DNA of 64,000 nt from Eledone cirrhosa (Eukaryota): assembly GCA_964016885.1 (NCBI GenBank), contig OZ024740.1, forward strand, positions 271,064,001-271,128,000, read 5' to 3'. A model generated the notes under the pieces. It was given only the letters and a program-made list of their open reading frames with translations, ran no database searches and was not told the DNA's origin. Shown in pieces: positions 22,450 to 35,698 of the stretch (position 1 is its first letter; each line of letters starts with the position of its first letter). Position numbers and translations under genes: made by a program.

Positions 22450-25400
22450 CTACAGGATGGTATACAGAGAAGGCCCATTTACACGAGCCATTCTCGCCAC
22501 TATCACCCACCTTTCATAAAACTGCCTGTGGCCAAGCACCTCTCTCTCCATTCTTATCCTTCTTCCGAAGTGATATCGGAAGAAGTAGACCAGACTATGG
22601 CCAGAGAGGAAGTTGCCTGACCTCAGACCTTTCAATCGTGTCCACCAAACAATCTCTTTCAACATGGCTATTACGCACAGAAAAACCGCCTTTGCTTCCT
22701 TTGTGAAGAGGGGAGGCGGTTTGATTGTCATCACGGACTCGGCTGTCAATTTAATCGGCGCCACCCGCGACAGCAGTTGTTCGGCGTAGCCCCACAGATC
22801 AGCCACGCCCGGACATTGCACCAATGCGTGCGCCACGGTTTCTTCGTGACGCACGCATCTAGGGCAAATCTTTTTTGAGGGATCCCTGCCCGGGCGCCCG
22901 TGTCTGTAGAGCCTCTCTCGAACGGGTAGAGCCCCTCGGTAGCACTGCCAGGCCAGTGACTTCTGGAAGTTGTCCATTGGTCCTGGGCCGAAAGTCCTAC
23001 CGAACAGGCTGGCCAGTTCGTCTTCTTCCATGTCCAGCGACTCTCCAAGGGTGTCATCGCCCCTGCTAGCCACCAGCCCTCTATAGAATGATGAGGTGGA
23101 TTCTCCACCGATGGCCCGGCCCGCTTGCCAGAGAGCCCTGAGCGCCTGAGCACACTCAGTGTGCCAGTCTCCCAGTTTTCCGGATCTTTGCTTGACCCAG
23201 GACTGTAGCTCGGTGAGTGAGACGAGTCTCGGAAAGGCTCGTTTCACGAACGGAGCCCACACCGGTTGACCAGTGAGGAATACCTGTAGGTGCCGTAGCC
23301 TTAATGCGTGCCTACGCATCATCAACCACGGCATCCCCAGCCCTCCTTTCGAAGGTTGTTGGCAGCAGATGGATCTTCTCACCATAGGAGGACGCTTCTT
23401 CCAAAGAAATTGGAAGAGCATGCGTTCCATGGTGGTGAGTGTTTCCTTAGGGCAAGGCACGACAGTCAGGCGGTAGTAAGTGACGGACGCTATGTAAATG
23501 TTCGCCACCTCCGCCCGGCCTTTTAGGGACAGCTTACACTTGGCCCATTTCTGGGTTAGTGCAAACACCTTGTTCGTAACCTCGTTCCAGTTCTTTTCCA
23601 CCTGGAGGTCCGGTCCAAACCAGACCCCAAGCAACTTTACCGGGCCCTCCGTCCAGTGTCCGACGACACCATCGGGAGGCATCGGTCTGCCTCTCCACGT
23701 TCCGAGTTGCAGCCCGATGGATTTTTCCCGGTTCAGTTTCGCTCCTGACAACCTTTCGTACTCCTCCAGTAAGGTACCGATCGCCTCGATCTCCGAGTCG
23801 GTTGATACCATTACTGTTACGTCATCAGCGTAGGCCGACACCGCTTTGCTCAATCCTGGTTCCAGGGGGATACCCTGCAACAACTCCAACTTCCTCAGTA
23901 AAGGCTCGAGAGTCAATACGTACAGAAGGGAGGAGAGAGGGCACCCCTGTCGAATGGATCGTGTGATTTCGAACGGCTTCGAAAGGTAGCCGTTCACCTT
24001 GATCCTAGAACAGATGTGGTTGCTATGTAGGGCAGTGATCCAGCCTCTGAAAACAGGACCGAACCCAGCCGCCGCTAGCACCGCATCCAGGTAACCATGG
24101 TCGACCCTATCGAAGGCCTTAGACTGATCCAAGTTGATCAGGGCCCCACCGAAGCCGGGTTTGTTGCCAACCCTCTCTATGATGTATCGCATGAGGTGGA
24201 GGTTATCGTGAATGGACCTGGATGGGATAGCACATGTCTGCGCATCTCCCACCAGGCCACCCACGACAAGCGCCAACCTCTTTGCTAACACCTTGGCCAA
24301 AATCTTTAACTCTGTGTTTAGCAGGGTTATGGGCCGAAAATTATTTATACTATCCCCCTTGTTCTCGTCCTTCCTCACCAGCGTGACTACGCCCTTGGCT
24401 ACAGAACAAGGAATTCTCCCGTTCTGCTGCCAATTGCAGTAGACCGCTTCGAGGAGTTCGGAGAAGAAGACCGGCATTGCTAAATAAAGTTCGTAAGGTA
24501 TACCATCGAGACCTGGAGATTTGCGTCTGCTGCATTGGCTCAGCGCATCTCCGATCTCATCAGCCGAGATTGGTCCCTCGCAGGACTCCGCCTCTTTGTT
24601 CGAGAGACGCGGCAGGCCGTCGAGGTATGGACCGAAATCCACGCCCCGGCCCGGACCCTCGCCTCCCCCGAACAATCGGGCAAAGTGCTTTTGAAAGGCC
24701 TCGCACATCTGCTTAGGCTCCCGGATCACTCGTCCATCTTCGTCTTGCAACGACCGGATGGTGGATCGATTTCCACTTTTAGCTTCTGTCACGCGGGCCC
24801 ATCCAACGGCTTTGGCCCCCTCATTACCTAGAGCACGTATTTTACTTCGAATGACGCAGCCTTCATGCTTTGCATCGAAAAACTGGTTCAAGGCCGTCCT
24901 CGATGCCAGCACTCTGGCCACATCTTCGCTCTTGATTGCCTCTTCTAATTTACCTGTTAATTCTTTCTCGTTTCTATTCCTATTGGCAGCTAACATCTTG
25001 CTATAACTTATTGATTCTGTTCTAATCTCTCTTTTGAGAGATGCCCACCATCGGTTGTTGACGATTGCACCCGTCAACCTCTCCTTAACTAATCTGCTAA
25101 TCCGGTTTCTGTAAGTCTCTTTTGCCGGTAAAGACAAATTAAGTTTCCAGTAACCGGGACCCTGTCTATGTGTTTTCTCGAGATTGACCACGCAGGTCAC
25201 TAATTTGTGATCCGTGTAGCCAACCGTGCGCATTTCTGGACAGCTTAATATGTCCCTATCCTTACTTCTAACTAAGAATCTATCTAAGTACGATCTAGAT
25301 TGACCACTGTGGTTTCTCCAAGTCCAGGTAGGCACAGTTGGAAAATCTAGTCGATATCTATCGACCAAGTTAAAACGGTCGAGTAACCCCTTGAGGCTGT

Positions 25401-25887
25401 TACACCCCCCTCTATTAGGACATGCTCCTGCATAGTCCCAACGTGCATCCAGGATGTCATTCCAATCCCCCGCTAGAAGCAGGGAACGCGACGTTCCCAG
25501 AAAAGTCTCCAAACGCTGGAAGAAGTCGGGCCGTTCAGCTCCGAAAGGGGAGTAGACGGCGACCAGTCTCAAGGCCGCACTTTCACTACTGCCAACGTCT
25601 AGCACCAACAAACGACCCTCCGGGTCCGAGTGCACAACCTGTACGGCAAGACCCAGGTGTTTTTGCATCAGCACGACAACCCCACCCCCACCTCCAGGTT
25701 GACAGAGAGATGCATGCACCTCAAAGTCATCGAAGGTGGGGGCCAGCTGCCGCATGACGCTGATTCGAGTCTCACAGATAACCATTACATTTATACTACA
25801 TGACCTGAGGTCATTTAGAAGCTTTGCTTGCTTCCAAGTTGAGCCCAGGCCACGTGCATTCAAACATCCTACTCTTAACACATCCAT
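22450..25887 (-). CDS. ORF2 APE-RT, 1145 aa
   Basis: Same motifs as copy 2. Confidence 0.95.
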   Translation of the reverse strand: MDVLRVGCLNARGLGSTWKQAKLLNDLRSCSINVMVICETRISVMRQLAPTFDDFEVHASLCQPGGGGGVVVLMQKHLGLAVQVVHSDPEGRLLVLDVGSSESAALRLVAVYSPFGAERPDFFQRLETFLGTSRSLLLAGDWNDILDARWDYAGACPNRGGCNSLKGLLDRFNLVDRYRLDFPTVPTWTWRNHSGQSRSYLDRFLVRSKDRDILSCPEMRTVGYTDHKLVTCVVNLEKTHRQGPGYWKLNLSLPAKETYRNRISRLVKERLTGAIVNNRWWASLKREIRTESISYSKMLAANRNRNEKELTGKLEEAIKSEDVARVLASRTALNQFFDAKHEGCVIRSKIRALGNEGAKAVGWARVTEAKSGNRSTIRSLQDEDGRVIREPKQMCEAFQKHFARLFGGGEGPGRGVDFGPYLDGLPRLSNKEAESCEGPISADEIGDALSQCSRRKSPGLDGIPYELYLAMPVFFSELLEAVYCNWQQNGRIPCSVAKGVVTLVRKDENKGDSINNFRPITLLNTELKILAKVLAKRLALVVGGLVGDAQTCAIPSRSIHDNLHLMRYIIERVGNKPGFGGALINLDQSKAFDRVDHGYLDAVLAAAGFGPVFRGWITALHSNHICSRIKVNGYLSKPFEITRSIRQGCPLSSLLYVLTLEPLLRKLELLQGIPLEPGLSKAVSAYADDVTVMVSTDSEIEAIGTLLEEYERLSGAKLNREKSIGLQLGTWRGRPMPPDGVVGHWTEGPVKLLGVWFGPDLQVEKNWNEVTNKVFALTQKWAKCKLSLKGRAEVANIYIASVTYYRLTVVPCPKETLTTMERMLFQFLWKKRPPMVRRSICCQQPSKGGLGMPWLMMRRHALRLRHLQVFLTGQPVWAPFVKRAFPRLVSLTELQSWVKQRSGKLGDWHTECAQALRALWQAGRAIGGESTSSFYRGLVASRGDDTLGESLDMEEDELASLFGRTFGPGPMDNFQKSLAWQCYRGALPVRERLYRHGRPGRDPSKKICPRCVRHEETVAHALVQCPGVADLWGYAEQLLSRVAPIKLTAESVMTIKPPPLFTKEAKAVFLCVIAMLKEIVWWTRLKGLRSGNFLSGHSLVYFFRYHFGRRIRMEREVLGHRQFYERWVIVARMARVNGPSLYTIL

Positions 25888-25920
25888 GTGGGCGGCAGAG
25901 CCAAAGGAGAGTGTAGAGAC

Positions 25921-27798
25921 CTACCTTTCCGCTTCCCGGGGTTCGGGTTGCACGACTTCCATGGGGTCGGGGGTGTTGGGTGAAGGGGTGTCTTGTGGTG
26001 GTGTGGGGTCGTCGGTGTGTGGTGGGGTTGGGGTGTTTGGAGTTGTGTTGGGGAGGGGAAGGGGAGGGGGAAAGCTTTTTAGTAGGACGCGGTTTATGGG
26101 TTTGACAGAGGGTGGTCCTACGTCCTCCTTAAAATCCTTTTTTAGTTTTTGGTAGAGGTTCATTGGGATTTTTATTAGTTTTAAATGTGGGTGGTTTTCT
26201 GATGAAACAAAGTTTACACCTTCGGTTTGTACCGAAGGATTATTGTATATGAGTTCATTTAATTTATTATTGTTTCTGTTGATGTAAGTATAGTGTAATG
26301 TCTTTTTTTCCGATGGTGTGAGTGTTTCGAAGAGGGGAGGGGCAGGTTTGGTTTTGTTTGTTGCTGGAGGGGTGTTTTCTGTTTTGTTAGATTGTGTTGC
26401 GATTTGGGTGGGGGTTGTTTGTCCTTGTGTGTTTTGCACATGTTTTCTTTTTTTCCTTTTAATCTGTCTGAAGGACTCCGTTTCTTCCTCCGAATTCGTT
26501 GGGTTATCTTCAGTGTTGGAGGGAAGAGGTATGTTTGCTGGTAATGTTTCCGTGTTGGTTTTCTTTGTGGGGGAGATGGATGTCACTATGTTAGACTGTG
26601 TTGTGTGTTGTGTCTGCGGTGGTTGTGTTGTTTTATTGAGTGAGAGGTTGGGTGGGCCTGTATTTTGTTTTGGGGTAATGTGTTGTGACTGTTTGTGTTG
26701 TGGTGGTGTTGTGGTGTTACTGAGGGACGGGTTGGGTGGGACTGAGTTTTGTTGTTTGTTTATCTGTTGTGGTGGTGGTGGTGGAGCTGGTGTTGGTAGC
26801 AGGGTTTTCTTTTTGTTGAGTTGGGGACAAGCGGCCTTCAGGTGCCCTCTGCCTGCACAGATATGGCAGGACGGCCTTCTCCCCTCCACGCTAATGTTTA
26901 TATACCCGTGGTCCTCTAATAGGATTCTGTCGGGTATTTGGGCGATGCGTTCAGGCTTCATTTGTACTACCAGCTCTATACCTGTTCCACTGAACGCATC
27001 GCCTGTGGTTTTCCCAATGGAAATCACGTTGTCATTCACTGGATCGATGAAGCCAGCTATGAGCCAGCAGTAGTCCACATCTGGCATCATTGCATCCAGC
27101 CATATGCGTTGAGTTTTTTTTCCCATATAAGATGGATAAAAGGTGAAATTTTTCGAACGAATCGGTGACAAAGCACATTTTTTTGCCGCCGATTCGTTCT
27201 TCATGATAATTGCTAGGCTTCCATACAGTCTGTCTTTTCTTATGAAAGTTGTTTCATTCAGTACTTCTGCGAGTACTGTTTTGATATCTGCTTGAGAAGG
27301 CTGTTCAGGTTTTTTTGTACTGTTGTTGATGGTCCGAAACTTGACCGTTCGGCTTTCAATGTCTTTCGTGAATTCTTGAGGCATTTTTACCAATAAAATA
27401 CCATTCTCACCTTCACTTATGTATTGTTTTGCGTCCGTGATCCTTCGTACCACATCTGAAATGTTTTCCGCTATATAAGTCAAAGATTTCTTTGTTTTCT
27501 GTGCAAATGAAATCTTGTCGTCTGCTTTGTTTTCTGATGTTATGTTATTTTCAACTGTTATTTTTTTGTTTGTTGTGTCTTTGTTTGTGTTATTAGTATT
27601 GTCATGCAATTTTTCAAATTTTTTTTCTTCGTTGTTTTCGACATTTAATTTTTCCTCCGCAGATTCGTCCGTTTTTATTTTCATTTTTCCTTCCTTCTCT
27701 ATGACGTTAGTTGGGAAGGAAGGGAGGACTAAAGCGTGCGAGCTTACAACTCTTACCGCTGTCCCCCCACCACTATTTTCGTTCGCTGCGTTTAACAT
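25921..27798 (-). CDS. ORF1 zinc-knuckle protein, 625 aa
   Basis: Same as copy 2. Confidence 0.88.
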   Translation of the reverse strand: MLNAANENSGGGTAVRVVSSHALVLPSFPTNVIEKEGKMKIKTDESAEEKLNVENNEEKKFEKLHDNTNNTNKDTTNKKITVENNITSENKADDKISFAQKTKKSLTYIAENISDVVRRITDAKQYISEGENGILLVKMPQEFTKDIESRTVKFRTINNSTKKPEQPSQADIKTVLAEVLNETTFIRKDRLYGSLAIIMKNESAAKKCALSPIRSKNFTFYPSYMGKKTQRIWLDAMMPDVDYCWLIAGFIDPVNDNVISIGKTTGDAFSGTGIELVVQMKPERIAQIPDRILLEDHGYINISVEGRRPSCHICAGRGHLKAACPQLNKKKTLLPTPAPPPPPQQINKQQNSVPPNPSLSNTTTPPQHKQSQHITPKQNTGPPNLSLNKTTQPPQTQHTTQSNIVTSISPTKKTNTETLPANIPLPSNTEDNPTNSEEETESFRQIKRKKRKHVQNTQGQTTPTQIATQSNKTENTPPATNKTKPAPPLFETLTPSEKKTLHYTYINRNNNKLNELIYNNPSVQTEGVNFVSSENHPHLKLIKIPMNLYQKLKKDFKEDVGPPSVKPINRVLLKSFPPPLPLPNTTPNTPTPPHTDDPTPPQDTPSPNTPDPMEVVQPEPREAER

Positions 27799-28031
27799 TT
27801 CTGTTAGACGATTGAAATTTTTTACACAAAATTTTTTTTAAAACAGGTTTTTCACCTCTAGGAGGGGTAAAGTTGAGCTGACCCACCGCCTGACAGTTCA
27901 GACGGAGGGTCAAGCTACACAATTGTATCAAAATTAAGTTTGAACTCACAAAATTTCCTCAATAAATTTGAACAAAACTTCTGTGCGAAGTGAATGACAT
28001 CCACACTGTAGAACAGACGACAGCTAGATTA

Positions 28032-28130
<99 letters not shown>

Positions 28131-28396
28131 TGTTTCTTTTATTTGCCACCAGGGCATCAAAAGTGGGACAAGTACAATGGGGGGAGTTTACAAAACAAGG
28201 CGTCCTCAATAAGGAGGAGGCAATAACAATATATAAAAATAAAATAAAATATAACAAAAAATAAAATTTATAACAAAGTCCTCAATAGAGAGGAGGCGCC
28301 TTGGGGGGTCGCACACACCCCCGAAAAAAGTGTGCAACCTCAGGAGCACAGAGAAGGGGTGCTCCCTTGGTCTTTCATCTTCCTCACCTATAGTCT
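28131..28396 (-). mobile_element. 266-bp 3'UTR module (copy c)
   Basis: Appears identical to copies a and b; followed by (GATA)n 28397-28490. Confidence 0.82.
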
Positions 28397-28490
<94 letters not shown>

Positions 28491-28864
28491 GTCGATTTAG
28501 TACCTGCTAAATGTGACGATATAATTGTTTTCATCAAAACAATCTACTTCTTAATCCCGAGAAGAAACATATCACTCAGAGAAGCACCAAAAGTAATTAA
28601 TAAAGGAAGAAAAAAAGGAAGGAATGAAAAGAAAGGACGTATGGTTGGGTGGAAGGAGGTAAAGAAGAAAAGTGACGTAAGAAGAGTGATAGGAAAGAGG
28701 GGAGAGTGAGGATAGAATGTAAACAAACGGAAAACAATCAGCAACAAAGGGCAATCTGCCAAAAACCTATTGAAAAGAAATATTTGATTATAGCTAATAT
28801 ACATATATAATATATATATATATGTATAAATATATATGTATGTATATATATATATATGTATATA

Positions 28865-29001
<137 letters not shown>

Positions 29002-29554
29002 ATATATATATATATTCTGTATTTATATATATATATATGTATGTTTATATTATATATATATGTATGTATATACATTTATACATATATATATATATATATA
29101 TATTTATATTTACATATATATTTATATATGAGTATGTGTGTGTGTGTGTGCACACATACACACACACACATACACACACACATATATATATATGTGTGAG
29201 TGAGTGTGTGTGTATGTATATATATATATTATATATATATATATACAAAACGATGTCGATGGCTAGCACGAGTAAATTTTGTTGCACTGTATGCAATGCA
29301 AAACAATCCGTGTTAATAGAAAAATAATATACATGTTCTAGTGAGTACGTTTACACATTTTCCATTTCACGTAACTGGGTTATGGATATATTTGTTATTG
29401 TTTGTGGTTGTGCTGCTAGTATTGCTTTTAAACATCGTTTTCTTCTCACCGCTTTATCTAATTTCTATTTTCTATATATTTTCAGAAACGTTTAGCAAAA
29501 CAAATTCATATTATTATAAGACTTTATAAATGTAAACCATCATAATATTATATA

Positions 29555-30100
29555 TAATAATGTTTTTCTGTTATTGGTAGCAATATCACAAGACATTGAA
29601 GACAATAGAATGGGTGGGTTGAGGTTATATCCAGTACCAAATGGGAGTAACAACAAGAGATTACAATATATTATAAAGTAGGAAAATATATCCAATAGCA
29701 TTGGATAGCCACATTGGGATAATCAAGGAGCCTCACAAGTCCAAAATTGTGCCATCCCAAAAATGCCATCTCCAAAGTGCCGTCTCCAAACTTGATCGCT
29801 AGCCTTAAGTAGTACGCTGAGAGTAGGCCTATTTACCTTCGCTAATCTCAAACCTCTCAACATTTTATCAAAATTACTCGAATACAGTATTCCCCTCAAC
29901 TGTTCAACTACTTCTGAAAGTGGAATGGGGATTGTGTCGAAGGGGAAAATGTGTGTACTCAGTTCTTTCGGAAACGTTCTCTATAACGACTCGTTCACCA
30001 TAGACACCAAACAACATAGGAAAAGTTTCTTCCCTTCCCAGTAAACGAAGGTGATATGTTGTTCTTCACAGCCAAATCGGACGTACAACAACATAAGTTC
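29555..30100 (-). mobile_element. Old 5'-truncated Tx1-like 3' fragment
   Basis: Frameshifted FLCCLVSMVNE and LAKVNRPTLSVLL align with the ORF2 C-terminus; ends ccAATAAcagaaaaac|attatt. Confidence 0.6.
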
Positions 30101-30119
30101 GATATAACTCTACAAGTCA

Positions 30120-30310
30120 ATAATTGTTTCTACATTTGGCACAAGGCCAGCAATTACCCAGTGCATTACTGGTACTTTATTTTATCGACCCCGTAAGGAT
30201 GAAAGGCAAAGTTAACCTCGGCGGGATTTGAACTCAGAATGGCAAGGGCCGTAACTCTATGCGTCAAAGCATGGCGTCAGACCCTCTACCGATACTGCCA
30301 ATCCACCACC
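30120..30310 (-). mobile_element. SINE (main family)
   Basis: Full head and body. Confidence 0.85.
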
Positions 30311-30532
30311 TTATATAGTGTTATAATAATAGTGCAAATGTCTTTGCGTGGCATACAATTGTTTACAAAATTACTTACTGTATATCGAACTACGCTGTGT
30401 AGATATTTACTTAATTCACTTCTAAAATATTATATATACATGACTAGTTTTAATTGTTTGTTGGAATTGAATAATTCTCTTGTTGATAATAATTGTCTTG
30501 AGACTCAGTTTTCATATTTTATTCTTCTGCAG

Positions 30533-30574
30533 CTCAGAAATTTATTCCAACAGTTATGCCAACAGAAGGACCGG
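30533..30574 (+). CDS. Linker micro-exon (AQKFIPTVMPTEGP)
   Basis: ttcttctgcag acceptor, G|GTAAGT donor; 42 nt, phase 1-1, Pro/Thr-rich. Confidence 0.8.
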
Positions 30575-30964
30575 GTAAGTACCAATACTTTTGTTTTTAC
30601 GAAAACATTAATTCCATTCTTTATTCTATCTTTGTTCTTTCATATTACTTAAATAAGTTTGTTTTGTTGTTGTTTTTTCTCCCCTAATGCCCCCCCCCCC
30701 CCCCACCACCACCACCACCACCACCACCACCACCACCGCACTTCCGTCACAGCGGTATCTCGTAAAATCTGCTATAGCGCTGATATTGTTGTTTAGACTT
30801 AGGACTAGCAGATTAACAATCAAAAGTGCTCCAGCTACAACCTTCCTATCAAATGTGGAGCATCTCATATGTCCTTTCTTTTATTTAACTTGTAATGTGA
30901 TATTTAACTTAGATTTGGCGGCCACTCCCAACAGATCCAACAACGATGTCCAAAGTCTGTCTTG

Positions 30965-31193
30965 AGCCTGAAAGCTCATCAAGCCGGTGCTTATCCCGGT
31001 TTCCGGGGCGTGAAGTGATTGAGAGAACAAGACACCCCTTTGACAAGACGCCAGTCCATCGCAAGGTTAAACCCCCAGTTACTGATGATACTAACTTTCA
31101 GCTGAGTGTAAGAACACAACCCAGTCCTAATTCGAACCCACGACATTATGATCGTTAGTTCGACACCGTTGCCACTAAGCTATGTGCCTTCAC
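30965..31193 (-). mobile_element. Third SINE family (tRNA head, V-domain-like body); partial relative at about 36265-36425
   Basis: Minus-strand tagcttagtgg..gggttcgaatt head; tgcgatggactggcgtcttgtc body. Confidence 0.65.
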
Positions 31194-31400
31194 AACAACC
31201 ATGTAGAGGCTGTCTAGTTACCTCAAGGACCTAAAACGTTGATTCAATAACCTTTGAAATGATTTCACTTTATTTACAATCACTAAGATTCTTGGAAACG
31301 GCATGAATGTCACAACATGCCATATCCCTTCCTTTTGCCATGGTAAAACAAAAGTATTTCTCTATATTTTGTTGCATGTTTGTTTGTTCCTTTGTTTCAG

Positions 31401-31961
31401 AATGTAATGTATCAATGGCTGACATACTCTTCATTCTTGATTCATCTGGAAGTGTAGCAAATCCTGACTTTTCTAGAATGATTACTTTCGTCAAAGAAAT
31501 GGTAAAGGGCTTTGATATCAGCAACAATACAGTCCGTGTTGCAGTTAGTCTATTTGCTGGCGGTACACTTGAACAATTCCACCTCAATAAATATTATGAC
31601 AAAACCGCCTTATTAAAAGCTATAGGACACATTTCAAGAACCTCTGGATCCACAAACACGGCAAATGCTCTAACTCGGGCTAGAACAGTTAACTTTCAAG
31701 CCCCACATGGTGATCGAGTTGATGCTCCTAACATTGCGATTGTAATCACTGACGGCAATTCCGATAATCCAATTCAAACAACAAAGGCTGCATCTCAGTT
31801 AAAGAACACAGGTACAGCAGTGTTCTCAATTGGAGTTGGGTCAAATGTACGTCACTCAGAACTTCAAACTATGGCCACTGATAATTCTCACGTCTTCACA
31901 GTAACTAACTTCAAAGCTTTAGAAAATATCAAGAAAAGTCTGGCCGTAAAAACCTGTGAAG
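31401..31961 (+). CDS. VWA domain exon 2
   Basis: tttcag acceptor, G|GTAAGT donor; 561 nt; DILFILDSSGSV, TNT, ITDG, ends CE. Confidence 0.93.
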
Positions 31962-32747
31962 GTAAGTGATGTTTATTTATAATCATTTTTTTTTAATTAA
32001 AATAAATGTATGTACAATATATTGGGGGCTTAATATGTTTTCTGTGGTTATATTGTCCAGAGTTAACCCTTATCGAGTAGACATGATGAAAGGTATTCCA
32101 TGTCGATTCACTCATTTTGTATCTTTAGAACGACATTGTCTGTGTCCGTTCTGTTTTAAGCCGGTGATCTAATATTTAAAGGAATTTGGTTGCTATTTTT
32201 AAGAAAGTGCATAGAGACACCATCGTAATGTAATCAAATTTGGTTGGTTCAGCTGCAATTTCTTTTCATTTTAGAAAACCTAACTATATAAATTGAAACA
32301 CACATGCAGACACATGTTATATCTTACATATGCGTATATACGTACAGTACATATAGTGCTAATTTTAAGTATGAAAATATATAAAATATATGTTAAAGAT
32401 CACTAAATCATCAGGTATGTACTTTCCTGCGACACCAGCCAATAGGCTAAACTGATAAGAACATTTATCTACAGAAAAATTAATGTAACCAAATGCTGAA
32501 TAGATTTAACTATAAGTAGGTGTATGAAGAGATAAAGATAGGCAGACAAATAAAAAAAAAAGACAGAAACATAGATGTATAGACAGGAAGAAATCTATTA
32601 GGGCATCAGGCAACCCCCGTGCATGTTTAAAATTGAACAGAATATCTGCATACAATTATATGTGCTTAAACAAATACAAATATGTAATGTTAACCGGGCG
32701 CTGGATGGCAGGACATATCACAGTATAAATAAAAACAATGCATAATA

Positions 32748-32806
32748 GATGTCTGATGAAGTCGTACGTATTGCATAATTGATACCATCGAAATGAGTAT
32801 AACAGC
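32748..32806 (+). ncRNA. Degenerate type I hammerhead (relative of 59136)
   Basis: gaUGU-CUGAUGA...GAAA-UGAGUA-UA^-ACAgc; stem II weak. Confidence 0.45.
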
Positions 32807-32981
32807 AATGGCGTTATTACTAATATGATGTAGGGTTCTAAAATACTGCCTTAGTCTTCATTATCATGCCAAAACTTTATAGTTCATGAGCCTACATTAT
32901 TACATCACAATTTTGAATGTATACTACGCCGAGTGCTTAATATGGTGTATACGAGTGTTAGTTGAGCGATACGTACAATTA

Positions 32982-33445
32982 GCGAAAAGGAGAATATTTA
33001 TGCAGAACTGATGAGAAATCTGCAGATACTCCACTCTGATTACACCTTCAGATTAATGCCTGTGATTATTGGGGCACTGGGGTATGTTAGTAACTGCCTC
33101 AATACAAATCTTGAGAAGCTAGGCTTCACAGGAACAGAAAGAACACAACTAGTTAGGAAATTACAAGTACAATCCATTAATGGAACAGTAAAAATATATA
33201 AAACATTCAAAAAATGTTCCATCTAATAACTGGATATACACATGTACAGATACAAAGCACACATACAACTCAAAACATACACATCCACACATATAATAAC
33301 ATCCATATCTACACATACATGCATGCATACATATTCTACCTAGTTGATGTTGTGTAAATTCCAATGAGAGAGTCTTGTGTCTATGTTAGAAACCGACTCT
33401 CTCTCTATTGGGAAAAAATTTATGAAATTATAAAACTAGAAGAAC
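32982..33445 (+). mobile_element. 3' fragment of an RLE-type (R4/Dong-like) non-LTR retrotransposon
   Basis: EKENIYAELMRNLQ...MPVIIGALG matches the restriction-like endonuclease C-terminus; UTR runs into a CA/TA microsatellite. Confidence 0.65.
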
Positions 33446-33481
33446 ACACATACATATACATATACATTTATATATATATAA

Positions 33482-33589
<108 letters not shown>

Positions 33590-34625
33590 GTGTGTCTGAT
33601 GGTAGCTAAGATGCTTCCATAGGCGGTTGAGCACTCTATGCTCTTACAGAGCAGAGTATGATAGAATAGAAAACGGAAAATCAGTGATGCATCTGAACTC
33701 AATTGTGTGTTACAATTGTTTCGCCGGCGGACAGCTCGAGACGCGATCATTCTGTGGATCTATCTGATTCTGATACCCCAGTGAGAGAATATGCTCCGAA
33801 ATCATTAGAGATCTCGATCGAACCTGCGAGTCCAGATGCATCACTGCTTTTTCGTTTTCTATTCTCTCTATATATATATATTATATAATATATAATATAA
33901 TATATTATACATATATATATATAATAGAATAGAATAATCGAGTATCGGAAAATCAGCTCACGAATTTACGATAAACAAATCCGACATGAGTGGCAGAGGG
34001 CTCAATAATTCAGATAAATCAGAGCTATAACTATCATTAAAATACCAACACACAAAGATTAAGCCTAAAATCACCCATGCAGCCGAAAAAGAACGACCAG
34101 GAAGATTCGGGTCACTCAAATAAAATATCAATAAATCAATAGTTTATATGAATGTAAAAAACTTACCCGGACCCACTAGAAAGGTGGTAAATCTAGCTTC
34201 TTGGGTTTCTGCAATTCCTTAATCCGCTCTCTATCAGCCCACATAAATATATATAAGACTTCTAGGGAGCGAATGGACCGGAACACTTTATCAACGGGTT
34301 ACGTCCAACGGATAAAGAAGTTACCTTTAGCTAAAACGCACATGGAGTCCAGCAAGGGAGATAACCTCTATATTCGCGAAAAATTATCGGTAATGTGGAA
34401 AACACATATCGAATCAGAGTGCTCGATAGACATGTTAAAATAAACAGGAGCTATTCATCATTCAATAGAATCGACAAATATATATATATATATATATATG
34501 TGTGTGTATATTATATTATATTATATATTATATATTATATCTCTCTAAATACATAGATTATTATTTGATATTTTTATATATTAAGTATTCTATCTTTCCG
34601 ATTTTGTTTCATTTTCATTTTACAG

Positions 34626-34655
34626 CCCAGATTATTCCAACAGAAGCACCTGTAT
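34626..34655 (+). CDS. Linker micro-exon (AQIIPTEAPV)
   Basis: ttttacag acceptor, T|GTAAGT donor; 30 nt, phase 1-1; similar to the 30533 exon. Confidence 0.8.
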
Positions 34656-35606
34656 GTAAGTCCATTTTTTTATTTCCATATTTTTCTTCGTGTCTTTGTG
34701 TATAGGATATCTTCATTTTCTTATATAATTTTGTATGCTTTGCACTGCAATTTACATCGCTTCAACCCATTACTTTATAGATTTTGGTGGACATTTTTCT
34801 TTAACTCAATTGTAAAAAAGCCAGCCACGTAGAAACATCGACATGAAATACTAATGAAAATATTATATCGATATGTAATATGAATCAGTCACTGGACACT
34901 TCAATTACATTTAATTTCACAACTGAATAACGATATTGAAGATTTATCGTTTGGATGGTTTCAACCGGTCGTAGTATAAATAGCTTTTCTAAACTGTTGT
35001 TACTTTTTTGTGTGGGAGTGGGGTAATGGCTTAGTTATAGGAGAAAGTACATCACCGATGTCCAATTTTAGTGTCCCCAAAGACTTTGGGAGGACGGGAG
35101 GAATTTATTCTGAGACCGAAAACTTGACTCAAATGCTTGCAACAGTCAGAGTGGGTTCTACTGAATAAGTATCTGATGGATGAGTTAGTAGGCTTTCAGA
35201 CAGATTAAGCCTACCACCAAAGCGGTCACCATCCAATCGGCTTTCTGAAACGATCGTTAAAAATGAATTAATTAGCCACTTCACTTTGTGTTATTCTTTT
35301 CATTGTTCCTAAATCTATTTTGTATTTATTTGAAGAAGGGTTTTAATAGCTGTTATACTCTGCAAGTAAAAACATTGAGTTCTTTTGATTTGTTGTTTCT
35401 GTTATGTAAGTATTAGATATTCCTTACACACACATTCACACGCACTCACACACGCACAAACGCACACATTAAGGTGCAAATTAATTGCGTCCATAGGTGG
35501 TATGCCGAATGAGCACTCGATGCTCTTGGAGAGCAGAGTATCAATAGTATTAATATATAAGGGAACAAAGAATCAGTGTCTCTCAGACGCGAGTCTACAT
35601 GTTAAA

Positions 35607-35698
35607 ACATATCTGAGGAGCTTCCGATTCCAGAGTCAGGTTCGATCATTAATAGATCGTTCCTCGAGCTGTTCGACAGTGAAACATATGTAATATGT
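35607..35698 (+). ncRNA. Type I hammerhead with a 61-nt stem II domain
   Basis: ACAUAU-CUGAGGA-[61 nt]-GAAA-CAUAUG-UA^-AUAUGU; inside a fold-back element at about 35490-35760. Confidence 0.8.

Larger units (their letters stand above)
22236..28032 (-). mobile_element. Tx1-like non-LTR retrotransposon copy 3 (5797 bp, apparently intact)
   Basis: Nearly identical to copy 2; one V/I change seen in ORF2. Confidence 0.93.

Noticed and set aside
10049-27841. Many short ORFs overlapping the LINE ORFs, including the 251-aa + strand ORF
   Set aside because: Shadow frames of GC-richer LINE sequence; they repeat only because the element repeats
15585-28490. Repeat-spacer regularity suggesting a CRISPR array or an LTR element
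   Set aside because: Eukaryotic context with no cas genes; the spacers are identical; no TG..CA ends, primer-binding site, integrase or RNase H
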